Below are positions 24,735 to 38,331 of a DNA stretch of 64,000 nucleotides, piece after piece. The stretch lies in NCBI GenBank assembly GCA_030704615.1, contig CM060731.1, forward strand, positions 36,890,001 through 36,954,000, given 5' to 3'. Both the position numbers and the translations under genes were made by a program. Source of the DNA: Takakia lepidozioides (lineage: Eukaryota > Plantae > Bryophyta). The notes beneath the pieces are model-generated. The model was not told the DNA's origin. It saw only the letters and a list, made by a program, of their open reading frames with translations, and ran no database searches. Position 1 is the first letter of the stretch, and the number at the start of each line of letters is the position of its first letter.

Positions 24735-27700
24735 CCCTGTTGGTTTTCGTTCTCGCAAATTTTCCGCTACGGAGATCAATTATGAAATCCATGATAAAGA
24801 ACTTTTAGCGATTATCGATGCTTTTGAGGAGTGGCGTCATCTATTGGAGGGAGCTCAACATCATGTCACTGTCTATACCGATCACAAAAACCTCGAGTGT
24901 TTTATGGGTGCTCGTGTTTTGAATCGACATCAAGCAAGATGGAGTATGTCACTAGCAAGGTTTGATTTTGTTATTACCTACCGTCCCGGACATCTTCAAG
25001 GAAAACCAGATGCTCTTTCTCAACGATCGTATCTTGCGCCAAAAGAAGGGGATGCAACTTTTGACCACTTTCAACAAAACAATGGAATTGATATCCAGGG
25101 ACTAATGATGGCCGCAGATGTGAAAACTCGTGAAAGAATTTATAAAATCTTGCGACACATGTGCTAGAGCGAAGGGACCACGACATCGACCTTACGGCCT
25201 TTTTCAACCATTACCCATTCCCAAGGATCCATGGTCGTCCGTGTCTATGGAATTTATTAAGGACCTTCCAATCTCTAAGACCACCGATTCAATCCTTGTT
25301 ATTGAAGACCGTTTTACGAAAATGACACATTTCATTCCATGTGATAAGACAGTTACTGGCGAAGAAACTGCAAAACTCTTCCTCAATAATATCTACCGCA
25401 TTCATGGACTCCCGAAGGACATCGTATCTGATCGAGGACCACAGTTCATATCAAATTTCTGGAGGGGATTATTTCACATATTGGATACTAAGATCAACCT
25501 TTCTACAGCTGATCATTCACAGACTGATGGTCAAAACGAACGTGTGTACGATAAATTATCACCAAGATAATTGGACGGACCTTTTGTCATTGGCTGAGTT
25601 TGCCTACAACAACACTATACATTCTTCGACCCAACAAACTTCATTTTTCTTCAATTATGGTCAACATCCTCGAGCAAACCATTTCCACATGAAGACTGTT
25701 AGAAGCCCTGCTGCAGAAAACCTTGCTACTCATCTTGCTACGATTCACAAGGAGCTTACATTCCACCTCGCAGAAGCTCAAAAACAATACAAGGAGTATG
25801 TAGATCAACGTCGCCAACTTCAACCCCAGTTCAAGGTCGGAGATCGTGTGTGGCTTCTTCGACGGGACATACAAACCTCGCAACCATCAAGGAAGTTGGA
25901 TTATCAACGCCTGGACCCATTCAAAATTATTCGACAAATAAATCCGGTCAGTTTTCGCCGACTTCACCCTGTTGGTTTTCGTTCTCGCAAATTTTCCGTT
26001 ACGAAGATCAATTATGAAATCCATGATAAAGAACTTTTAGCGATTATCGATGTTTTTGAGGAGTGACGTCATCTATTAGAGGGAGCTCAACATCAGGTCA
26101 CTGTCTATACCGATCACAAAAACCTCGAGTATTTTATGATTGCTCGTGTTTTGAATCGACGTCAAGCAAGATGGAGTATATCACTAGCAAGGTTTGATTT
26201 TGTTATTACCTACCGTCCCGGACATCTTCAAGGAAAACCAGATGCTCTTTCTCGACAATCGTATCTTGCGCCAAAGGAAGGGGATACAACTTTTGACCAA
26301 CAGAAATCCATCATCTTGAAACCAGCAAATCTCCAATTGAATATGCTATCCATGTCCACCTATGACGATGCAGAGATCATAAAGGAGATTCAGGAAGCAC
26401 TGAAGAGCGACCAATTTGTTACGACACTACGAAGTCAACTAAATCGACCTCGAGACAACCCACATGTTACAAATGACTTCGAGTTCAAAGATTACTTACT
26501 TTATTTCAAGGGACTTCTCTATGTACCTCCAGGACCTACACGACTTCAAATTCTTCAAACATGTCATGATCTTCCGGCTGCAGGACATTTCGGCTTCAAC
26601 AAAACAATGAAATTGATATCCAGGGACTATTGATGGCCGCAGATGTGGAAACTCGTGAAAGAATTTATAAAATCTTGCGACACGTGTGCTAGAGCAAAGA
26701 AACCACGACATCGACCTTACAGCCTTCTTCAATCATTTTTCCATGGGTCCATGGTCGTCCGTGTCTATGGACTTTATTACGGACCTTCCAATCTCCAAGA
26801 CCACCGATTCAATCCTTGTTATTGTAGATCGTTTTACGAAAATGACACATTTCATTCCATGTAATAAGACGGTTACTGACAAGGAAACTACAAGACTCTT
26901 CCTCAATAATATCTACCGCATTCATGGACTCCCGAAGGACATCGTATCTGATCGAGGACCACAGTTCATATCAAATTTCTGGAGGGGATTATTTCACATA
27001 TTGGATACTAAGATCAACCTTTCTATAGCTAATCATCCACAGACTGATGGTCAAAACGAACGTGTAAACCAGATTTTGGAGCAGTATCTTCGCTGTACGA
27101 TAAATTATCACCAAGATAATTGGACGGACCTTTTGTCATTGGCTGAGTTTGCCTACAACAACACTATACATTCTTCGACCCAACAAACTCCATTTTTCTT
27201 CAATTATGGTCATCATCCTCGAGCAAACCATTTCCACATGAAGACTGTTAGAAGCCTTGCTGAAGAAAACCTTGCTACTCATCTTGCTACGATTCACAAG
27301 GAGCTTATATTCCACCTCGCAGAAGCTCAAAAACAATACAAGGAGTATGTAGATCAACGTCGTCAACTCCAACCCCAGTTCAAGGTCGGAGATCGTGTGT
27401 GGCTTCTTCGACGGGACATACAAACCTCGCAACCATCAAGGAAGTTGGATTATCAACGCCTGGGCCCATTCAAAATTATTCGACAAATAAATCTGGTCAG
27501 TTTTCGACTTGAACTCCCACGAAGTATGCGCATCTATCCAGTCTTTCATGTTTCATTATTGGAGTTGTATCATCCATCGAATATTCCACGGAGAGTTTCC
27601 GTACCACCTCCACCAATCGAAGTCAATCAGGAAATTGAGTATGAAGTCGACGAAGTCCTAGACTCTCGCATCAAGTATAAACGTCTTGAGTATTTCGTAC

Positions 27701-27825
27701 ATTGGAAAGGTTACGACATCAGCGAACGAACATAGGAACCTTCATCCAACCTCGCCAATGCATCTGACAAAGTCCACGAGTTTCATCAACAATATCCAGC
27801 TAAACCCCGAGCTACACGTCAATAA
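24735..27825 (+). mobile_element. Chromovirus RNase H C-half, integrase and chromodomain; 24735-25957 is an internally deleted tandem duplicate
   Basis: HHCC (HDLPAAGH...CDTC), DDE core (MDFI, SDRG, QTDGQNE), GPF motif, and chromodomain EYEVDEVLDSR...YFVHWKGY...RT*EP with TGG>TAG at 27733. Confidence 0.95.
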
Positions 27826-28421
27826 GACGTCACAACAATGATGTCAGTCAAGTTAGCTTCAAGGTGAAGACTCCACATTCAATGTACCTGATACACGCTA
27901 AGGTGGGATGAGCACCACACATCAGTATATATAGCTATACTTCCAGCACTCTTGCATCTTGTATTGGCAGTATGGAGTCACAAGAACCAGATACATTGGA
28001 GTTGTCGCTTACCCAGCTACCAGATCAGCCGTTCCGACTCTCACATCATCACGCCGACGCTCTCGAGACGATGGACTACCAATGCGACGTGTACTTCTTC
28101 GTCTGGACCCCGTACGACGGCAAGTGGAGCCTACTCGAAGTCTGATAATTCTGTTGGAGGTTGAAGCTTCGGACCCAGAGGGCAGCGAAAGCATCTTTGA
28201 AAGCAGCTTAAAAAATCAGAACGTTCAAATCACTGCGTGGTCCCAGGTTCAAGGTGTTGGACAGTGTCGATGGTTGCAGGGACCTATAAATCATTTGAGT
28301 CAAGAACGAAGAGCCGAATACTTGGCAAGTACCATTTGCCAGATTTTGGATTTTCTCCAGCTCTAAGCAAGTCCAAGATTTTACTGCTCTTCGAGGAACT
28401 CGGCGCTAGAGGATGGGGTGA

Positions 28422-29012
28422 TGTCACAGACATAGCCCAGAAGAACTTACTAGGAGTAAATACCAGAAGTTACGAAGTTATCAAGTTACCAGAAGTTACC
28501 ATGACTTACCATGATTTATCATGATCTACCATGATTTACCATTACTTACCAAGTTACTGGGAGTTTACCAAATTACCAAGAATAACTTGGGAAACTTCTC
28601 CATCAAGATACTTCTTTTGTTTAAGGAAGTTTCTCCTTTAAAAAACCTTTGTTTAATCTTGGAAACTTCTCCAGCAAGAAACCTCCATAGGGAAAGCTTA
28701 TTAGTAGCCAGTATATATAGGAGGCGAGACTTGACACTCTTCAGTTTCGCCAACATCAGTTCAAGCTACTCTTGTTTCCAGTTCCCAGTAGTCTAGCCCA
28801 GTTTCCAGTATCTGGTACTCCAGTCCAGTTTCCAACATTCCAGTATTCAAGTCGTGTTCCAATATCTTGTACTCTTGTTCATTGTTATAAAAATCGTCTT
28901 GATTCCTATTTACTCATCGTGCATTCGGCCACGCCGACCTTGACTTCTTGTCTAACCTTGTATTTCTAGTCTTACCTCTTGTTTGTGTTCAGTCATGTTC
29001 TCGTCCTTGACA
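28422..29012 (+). mobile_element. 3' LTR (591 bp) of the chromovirus, followed by TSD TCTAC
   Basis: PPT AGAGGATGGGGTGA at 28408-28421; LTR reads TGTCACAGAC...CGTCCTTGACA. Confidence 0.95.
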
Positions 29013-31538
29013 TCTACATGGTTTCCTACATAGATGCTGATACGGATGATGGTAACTTTGAATTTGACGAGGAGGTTGACATTATGGAACAAAATAGTAT
29101 GAAGGCAGCCCAGGTTGAGCCTAGTTGTATCCCCACAGGTGGAATTCCACCCACACCGGCGGAATTTCAACTTCTAATATATATATATATATATATATTA
29201 CTTAAACAACTCGGTCTAAGGATCGTGATATCGTGACATATATATCAATCAAACCCGTTAACTCTTTAATTTTACTTAACATGATGATCATTCAAACACT
29301 TTTAATTGTTAGATTCTGTTTTCAAGCTCTATGTAAGTATTCATTCTGTAAGAGTGATTTTTTGAAATATTTTTACTCTATAGCTGTTATGATGTTAAGT
29401 ATCTATATGTAACATTTTCTCTACTCCCGAGACATAACACATATAGATGGTCAACTATATTGGTTTGCCAAATGTTTTTTCTAAGCTCTTGGTTTTATTA
29501 TTTATAAAACTTCTCGTTCACAACCTATTGCAGCTAATCTTTTCATGGACAAATCTATACTCAAATTATTGAGGCTTGTGTTCATTTTCAATCTGTACTT
29601 GGGTGAAGGGTTGATTATGGGGTAATCAATTCTTATACAGGTTGCACAAGAACAATCAATATATTTTTGGTATTTTTCATGGGAGATCTCCCCCCGTTTG
29701 TCAAATATCACATGTAAGAATGTCGTTATAGCAACCTAAAACTTACATTTCTGATTTTTTTCAGTCAATTGTTTTTTAAAGGAATGAATGTGCCTTAGGC
29801 ATTCAATTAAAAGCCCTTTGATGTGCAACAACTATTTTATTTGATATTTTTGCAAATAGTGGCTGATTCAAATGGCTTCGGCCCAAAACTATTATGAATC
29901 TAATTATTTATTTTACTATATACAACTACAAGAATTCCAGTTTCTACTCAGCCACACCGTTTTGTTTAGGCATATAAGGTACCATATGCAACACATAATC
30001 AAACTAATTACTTTGTTTATCTTATCCAAATTTAAAAATAGACTATGGAAATATCCTAAAACAAGTTGTTAGTGATATTATGTCGCTGTTTTTTTAAAAT
30101 AAATAATGAGATCAATAATTAACTTAAAATCCAATTATGCACACGCAATTTTTCAAGTCTATGGTCACTTTTCATCATTTATTAACTCTTCTTTATTCTA
30201 AAGATGAGACTATGCATCAATGTCAAAAATCGCTCAGCACCTGTTGTGCCTTTCCCATGTGTCATATCTTCTCTTTTGCTCAAAACTACTTCCATGATGT
30301 GCCTTCTCCAAGTAATACCTCCCTCATATAACATATTTGTTATTGACCAACTTATGAAAAAAAGAAAAAAACATGAATTTTTAAGTTTATTATGGATGAA
30401 AGTAGATTCCACTATTCGCAAAAAGGAGCCACATGCAACTAGTCGTTTGTTACTCAAGCAAGGGAGGTTTATCTTTTATATGTAATGTGCTCATTACCAT
30501 TGGGTTACAACTTGGTCATCATCATTGTATATATCACCAGGGTTGCGCGTTGTTCCACACTATAGTGATGACTTCTAAGAACAATATTCAAATTTTAGAA
30601 AAAATTAATGTATGATCGGTACCATCTGATTGAAGTTTTGCCGGATCGTCAATTCGATTTCTTAAGCTTTGTTGAGAAAAAAAGAATACTCTAGATTAAT
30701 CAGTTACTCACACACCCATGTTATCCTAATTATGGCGCTAAAAGGTGTTACCTTCCGAACGGAAGCAGCAGGCCGTAGCTTTAAGGTTAAAATCCTCACA
30801 CTCGGGATAGGTGTGTCGACTCCCTTCCCACCTTGCGTGTTGTAGAATCTGATCCACTCCACCTTTTGAAGTTCCACACTCTAAGTTGATCATAGTGAGT
30901 ACCCGTTTCTCACTCTCCACGATGTATACTAATGACAAACACGCAGTTATCTTGCTCAGCCATGACAAGAGAAACTTGCAAAAACAAAACTCAAAAGAGT
31001 AAGAGATTATCAAATCAAGGCGTAGCATGTTTGTCATTACACAAAACATAAATAAGAAATGTAAATGAAGAGATGAGAGAATTGATTGAAGAGATGTAAA
31101 TGACGACATGAAAGAACATACAAGCATTTTCGCATGGCGGCGAAATCAAATCAGTTGCACTTATACTATCAATAGTAACCGCTTCTACGCCAGATTTTTT
31201 TTTTAACTTCTGCATAGGCGTGGATGTGCCTACAAAATATATAAGATAAGTGCAAAGGTGGCGACTATTACAATAACCACCTGGATCCTACCTAGCTACA
31301 GGTACGCTGATCTACTAGACATTTGGCAATTTTTTACATCATGTATATATTGCATGGGCGACACATTCAGAAAGGGGGGCGGAAATAGGTGGCTCCATGA
31401 GCCCATATATTGTTGCAAACTGGCTATCATTAAAACGCCAAGGTAGCATTTTAGGTACCATAGCCCAATTTCAAAGAGCAATATGGCATTACTGATTGAA
31501 GTGAAACAACGTTGGAAGCCATGATGCCAGCGGCTGAT

Positions 31539-32069
31539 ACCTTTTTAGGTGATATTCAGCCTAAAAACATCAAAATAACCAAATAACCATGTTTCATGTA
31601 TATTAATATCAATGTTCCACTGGCTAGTATCCATGATGTCAGTGGCTTAGCTGTTTTATCCCCTTGGTTGAGACTCACCATAGCTCCATAGAAAAGATTA
31701 TCACATAAGTACCCCACGACATTTCCATAGTAGGGACGATGGAAGGAAGTAACACACTCACACTTGGAGATGGCACGGTGACGAAGGCCTGGCCTCAAGC
31801 TTGGCAAACCCTGACGATCTGACGACCATGACAAGTGCAAGTGGCGAGATCGTGGAGCTCTCTGGTGCGATGGGGCGCTGGCCGTTGGATTTGGGGCACA
31901 AGGGAACTCACTTCCCAGTCGAAAAGGGCGCATTCCCATGGTGCTTTTTGGCACCACCCACCCAAGAACGACCACTTTCTAGCTATTTTCTTTTTCAGGC
32001 CCCTGTTTTTCGCAAAAGTGGGTCACAACCCACTTTATTTTGGTGCTTTTAGGCTGTGCCTAAAAAGGT
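31539..32069. mobile_element. Possible MITE with ~35-40 bp imperfect terminal inverted repeats
   Basis: ACCTTTTTAGG...CAGCCTAAAAACATCAAAATAA at the left matches the reverse complement of TTATTTTGGTGCTTTTAGGCTGTGCCTAAAAAGGT at the right; no TSD identified. Confidence 0.45.
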
Positions 32070-33249
32070 GGGGCCGCGCTCCGCCATCCACATTTGCTCT
32101 GGATCTCACTCTGAGTATAACACCCTTAAAATCACGATGCGGGTTCTCTAGCCGGTTATTAGGCTCGATGGCCTTTGCTGGTTCCCTCCATAGCCGGTTC
32201 TTGCGGGTTGCACTAACCTTTGCATATACGTAATCGGCAAAATGACCGCCGGATATGTATGCCTATACCCGGCCAACATTGGTTTCTCCCTCGTCAGGTT
32301 TCCTTCCAAAAATGAAAAGGAAAGAAAGAAACCCAAAATTGGAAGACCCAAATGATCTTGCAGCTATTACTTAGACTTTAAGAAAAAACACCTTTTAACA
32401 CACACACAGCGAAAGTGGACCTATGACAAAAGAATGCACTGCCTAATGAAGCCTGCCAAAGTGTGATGTCTACTGAGAAAAGATATGATTTCTAAACACG
32501 ATCTCTTGTCTCGAGCAGGGCATCTTTACATATCTATACACGCCGTGTATTGAAGTATATGGTATTGTAGGTTAGCTACTCTCTACAGGTGCCGCACCTC
32601 TAGGTTGGACAGGTGGGCAGCCGATATGGTTTGCTTACAATCTGATTCTCTTGATAAGATCTTTGGTACCCTCGAGAGGAGTACGCAAGATAAAGCTCGC
32701 TGGAATCCCTACCGCTTGGCAGGTTTCCATCACAGTGGAGCCCTAAATTGAACGCCCCCTCATCCGATCCTCCTACAGTTCGTGGATTATTAGCTTACAC
32801 TTGGGGATTTGATTTCGCAGAGTATCTGTAGGACCAGATTTGTGGGTTGTAGTTTGCAATTTCCTCTCTGGGTTCCGGCTTGTCTTTCTTGAATCCCTTT
32901 GCTGAAGTATGAAGACGATGTATATTGGCGGAGCTTCCTTGAGTGCAAACAAGGCCCTTGCGGCCACAAGGACGGTGTGTGGGCACCTCGTGCACTACTT
33001 TCTCAAGAGATCAAGATTAATTGGCTCCTCCATTAGCGTTCGGAGTAATCGGTAGGGAAAGCGGGAACAAGCTATGTGGAGAAGAAGTAGCACTGAATTT
33101 TTATACTTATCTGGGCTGGAAAGAGCCTGGCTGGAGAATCCTACTTTGGTAGTAGTATCGGGTTTTCCAGGGATTCTCTACGTCATCTTTTAGCAATGTC
33201 TATTTGACAGTGAGTTTTGCGGAATTGTAATCACAGCGAGTCTCACGCC

Positions 33250-36200
33250 ATGGGGAGTGGAGACTGGAGCTTTGCTGGGGGCATAAGGGGAAACCCTGAG
33301 CTTTTGGCCCGTTATGAAGTTTTGGAGAGAGTAGGGGAAGGGACCTTTGGTGAAGTCTTCCGGGCGAAGCGAAAGACTGATGGCCTGATCGTTGCCTTGA
33401 AGGAAATTCGAGACAGTGAATGCTCCAGCCGGGAAGCCGAAGCGCTGCTGGCATTAAATCATCCCAACATTGTGAAGTTGGTGGAGTATTTTGTCCAGGG
33501 CTCAAATCTTGTCCTTGTTTTAGAATATCTACCCTCGGATCTCGCCCAAGTGATCCATGCCGCAGATGGGCGTTTGCCGGAGTCGGAGATCAAGGGATGG
33601 ATGGTTCAAATTCTTTGCGGAGTTGCTGCTTGCCACAGAGCCTCATTGCTTCATCGAGATTTGAAGCCGTCGAACCTTTTGGTGGCCACAGATGGGACAC
33701 TGAAAATTGCTGATTTTGGCCAGGCCCGCGTGGTGCAAGAAGGAGTCCTGCTCCATGGAGGCAAGATGGGGGCTGACCCATGTAATAGAGCGGGTTAGTT
33801 TTCGTCTTGATCTATCCTGTGGAGCATAATAAATTATGCTTCCAGCAGTATTTGCATTGAGTCAAAGCTTATAAGTTTAGCCATGTGGCATTGTTAGTTA
33901 CTCTTGTACTGCGGAGCCTCATTTTGACCCATAGTTACATTCTGTTATTGTGCAGGTCATTTTGTCAACATTTATAAAGGGAGATATGCTGACAGTTCAG
34001 GCATCAAGGGCTACAATGTGGAGAAAGAGAGTATAAATGCATGGATTGAGGGTTCTAATGTGGTCAAAGATTGTCTGGATTTGTCAAGTGGCAAGAACCA
34101 GAATGGAGGCAGGGTCTGCAAAACCCCTGGAGACACTTTTGGGAAAGATGGCATCCCCCTGGATAAAAGAGGTAACTTTCACAACTAATCTGTGTGAGGT
34201 GAAATTTATTGTTTACTGATAGGCTGGTGGACCGTACTTTATTGGTGTAATTGCACTGTGTGCTAAATTGGCCACTACCCACTTGTCAATCTTGAGGAGG
34301 GAGCTTTCTGGACCACCAAAAGTTTGCCAGTGGGGCTAATAACCCATAAAGAGTCAACCTGGGGCGGTGCCATGGAGAGAGAGCAACCCTCTTGAGGACC
34401 ATTGAGAACGTAGTACCTGCTCCTCTTTTGACCAACTTCCAAAATCTTGAGGCCAAAGCCCTGGCTCTGTTGGGTCTAATTGCTGGGCAGCTCACACCCA
34501 GCAGGTTGATACTTATGTGAAGGGCTTTCTAGAGAAAATCTGGAAAGCCCAACTAGTTGTTTATTTCAAGGTAAGTCCCATTACTGGAGTGAGCCCCTGA
34601 CAGAGGTAGCTGTGGTTAATTTTGTTTAATCAGAGCAACTTGTGTGGCTGGATGAAAGGCTAACAAATGTGTAGGACTGTTGGCTATCTGATTGGATCAG
34701 GGGGCCTATTTGTTGAAAGGAGCAATCATTTTGCGGAGATGGAAGGGAAAGCACATGTACTTGATGGTGGTGCTGGTATGACAGGCGAGGATACTGCTCG
34801 AAGAGAATGGGTTTTTGCAGAGGAGCCGAAGCATGAGTATGGTTGCAAGGTCGGAGTGGCACCTTCTCAAGTAAAAGAGGGAGATTTTTTCTATAAATTA
34901 CGGAGCTTTCTAAAACGGCGGGGCCGGATGCTGATTAAACAGGGCAAGGTGAGTAAATTCTCTCTCTCTCTCTGATGGCATCCAGGTTATTCTTATGATC
35001 TATGATGTGTTTCTGGTTTTGGGTGCTACTTACAACTGTTAATAGTGAACAATCAAGCACCATAACCATATGCTACTTGCTGGTGGTGGCATTGCAGAGA
35101 GTCAGCAGTTCTGTTGGCACAGAGGAGGCGGGTATAGGAATGAAGAAAGGTTTTCCAAAGAAAGAGGAAGGCGTGTGGCAGGTTTCAAACCAGGGGCTTT
35201 CCAGAGACGTATCACAGATTTTGGACCCCACAGCTGTGGACCCAGAACTGTTGGTTCATCAGAGAGGCAGTTTATTTAAACAGGATCAAAGTGTGCTTCT
35301 GTGTGCAAACAACTCCAGTAGAGGAGCTGCAGAATATCACCTGATGCAAGCACAAAGAATATCTGGCAGCTGGATCCAGAAAACTGCTGGGGAGGAAACT
35401 AACATGGCAATGAAAAATGAGAAGTATAGAGAGACGATTGAATGCAGAGAAGTAGAGGTTTGTCAGCTTGAAGGGGGTGGCGTCACTTTGGAGCAGAGAG
35501 CATCTGTTGAAAGTAGATGCTCAGAGAGGGGACAGATGGGGACCATGGACGACGGTGATGCAGAAGAGGGTTCAAGAAGCTCTGAAAAGGGGTTGAGGGA
35601 GGGGAGCATTACACTTGAAGCAGGTGATGTCAACAAGGAGAGTGAGGAACTTCCTGTGAGACTTATCCCAAAGTCCGAGGATATTCTGTTAGCCCATCTC
35701 TGTGGGACAAGTGATGTTAATAGGGATAGGGAGTTTGAGAAAAAGGTGGACGAACATGAGAATGGCACGGTGTTGTTGCCCCCAGAGAGCATGGTGCTGG
35801 AAAGGGGGTCTACTGAAGTTGGGGGAGAGGCATCCAATGAGGGGAATGTGAAGGGAGCTTTCCATGAAAATGAGAGGGCAGTGGACATGGAAACAGAGAT
35901 GGAGGTATTCTCAAACAGCATTTCGTCAAGTCATGTGGCACATGGGAGATGTAGTGTGCAGAAGGAAGCCCAAGCTTTGGAAATGGGCCATGAGGAATTA
36001 CATGTAAGGGATCAGCTATTTGGAACCAGGTTCAATGATGGGAAAGTGCTACTTGAAAGTGCCTTAATGGACACACACAAAATTAGGGGAGAAACCCTGG
36101 AAACCCAGGCTATAAAGGTAGACATGGAGGGAAGTAATAAGGTGATTGGAGGTGCTTGGGTGGACGGAGGTGCCAATGGTGATATTCAATCCAAAAATGA

Positions 36201-37515
36201 GCAGGTAATTGCAGCAGAGGGATCCTTGTCTGAAGAAGGAAATGTGGAAAGGGACGGGACAGTGTGCTTTTGGGATGGTGTACAGCAGCGTTGGGAGTCT
36301 GCTGATGAAGCAAGCGACGTGGAAGACAGAGGACATGATGAATGGAACCATGCTAGATGGTACGCTGGTGCTGATGGTGAAGAGGGCAAGGAGGTGGATG
36401 GCTGTTTCTGTGGTCCCTTAAAACATCCAGATGTATACTTTGGGGAGGAAACCAAGCTGATGGAAGCTGAAGGCCATGGCGGACGTGGCTGGGATGATGT
36501 TGCAAGGGACAAGAGTGAGCATGACGCTTGGGGTAGAGAGTCTGCTAGAGAGTGGGTCTATGGTAAGGGCAATGCATTTGTTGAAAGGAAATTGTGCGAG
36601 CAGAGGGGCACTGATCCCCAGGAACATGCTCTTTTCAACACCAAAGAAGCCCGGTGGTTCAGACCACTGGATGTTCGAGATTCATATGTAATAGAAACGC
36701 ATGAAGCTTATGAGGATAGTGAAGACAGTGAGCAAGGGAGAGATTGCCATGGGGCAGGCTTCAATGGAGATTTCCATAACAGGAAAGAGTTTTCAGGTCA
36801 TCACGATTTCCGCGGTGAGGGCCATTTTCAAGAAAGCGGAGTTCACAGTGGTAAACAAGACAAACAGTGGGAGGTTGAGGGGTTGCAAGAGGAAGCAGGT
36901 TTTGGCAACCAACAAGATGGAAGTGAATCTTCGGTAGGAAGCGAAAGGGGGAAGAGGGAGTCCGAATTGAGCCCCTTTGTGGGCACCCGATGGTATAAGG
37001 CTCCAGAGTTACTATATGGGGCAACAAAATATGGGAGAGGGGTGGATATTTGGGCTGTGGGTTGCATTTTCGCTGAACTTTTAGGGGGAGAACCCTTGTT
37101 CCCTGGGATTACTGACATTGACCAGCTGAGCAGGGTGGTAAGAGTATTGGGTGCACCCAATGAGAAGGTCTGGCCAGGTGTTTCGCAGCTGCCAGATTTT
37201 GGAAAGATTGACTTTTCTGATGAACGACAGCCTCTCTCTTTCTGTGGGCTCATTCCTCGCATGTCACAGTCCTCCCTTCGATTTTTGGAAAAGCTTCTTG
37301 TGTACGACCCAGCTCAAAGACTTGGCGCTGAAGCAGCTCTGAGGGACTCCTATTTTCAGGAGGAGCCACTGCCCGACCTTCCACATGAGCTTCAAGTCCG
37401 AAGTGCCAGAAGGGACAGTGGTGCCTCAGAAGAGTGGGGTGAATGGCGAGACCCAGGCTCCCCCTTCTCAGACTTTGAGTTGCTGGATTCAGCACCTGAG
37501 AGGGATTGTTTGTAA
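33250..37515 (+). CDS. CDKF;1: Cyclin-dependent kinase F (CDK-activating kinase), ~1141 aa; exons 33250-33793, 33956-34171, 34701-34948, 35098-37515
   Basis: YEVLERVGEGTFG, IVALKEI, HRDLKPSN, ADFGQAR, then a long insert, then VGTRWYKAPELLYG, DIWAVGC, EPLFPGITDIDQL, EEPLP. The GT-AG exons sum to 3426 nt in frame; the exon 3 acceptor is the least certain boundary. Confidence 0.88.
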
Positions 37516-38331
37516 ATAGTTCCACCATATTACTGCAAGTGCATCTGGAGCATGAGACCAAATCGCTTCACTAACTATTGTACTACAGTGTCCGGATATG
37601 GGTGTCAAGGCCCAAGGTGATTGCCATCATACCAAGTTCAACTGAAATCTGGTGTCATGCTGAGGTTTAGAGAGGTGTCTTAACAAAATGCTATACTGTG
37701 CAGAGTGTAGGTGCATTGAGAGGGAGTGGGGATGGCCAAGTCGAGTTTCTAATGAAAATAGGCCCTTAGGACTTGCAGGAAAGTGAGGAGGGTGATACAC
37801 TTCATGCAGGGCTTGACTTCTCAGGGCCAAAGTTTTATCTGTATTATATTCTACAAATGTGAAGATCATTATTCTACGCCAAATTCAGTGCCAGTTGACA
37901 CCTTCTAGAGCCAGAAATACAAGTCTTCCCGGCTTACATCTCACCATGTTTACCTGGTGAAGTAGGACCAAAATAGGGCAGCAAACCATCAGACCTTCAT
38001 CTGATATCAACATGACTCCTCATTCGTTGTTCTGGCCTGCACTCCTGTTGAAACTGAGCACAGGACTATTACCACAATGCTTTGATGAATTATGTCGAGT
38101 GATCTCTCCACCTTCACTGTCTTCAAATAGACCTTGCAGGCAGAAATTGTGCGGTAGTGGGAGCCAATAGTTGCATTCTGAACCTGCTGCATGGGTGCCA
38201 AGAGACTGTCCTACTATAACAACCTATAAAATATTCCTTCAGCCAGACAACTGAGCACACATAAGCACCAATGAAGTGCAGTTGGATAGGGATGAAGGGC
38301 AGAAAAATTGTGGAAGACCTGAACAAAACAA

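Noticed and set aside
27959-28969. Recurrent ORFs in the chromovirus 3' UTR and LTRs (e.g. MFPVPS..., MVPGSRCW...)
   Set aside because: They repeat only because the LTR and UTR are repeated; no coding signature.
29240-31500. Short AT-rich ORFs
   Set aside because: No motifs; likely intergenic or decayed TE sequence.
36640-36670. RWFRP motif inside the CDKF insert resembling subdomain VIII
   Set aside because: Only five residues with no flanking kinase similarity; probably chance.
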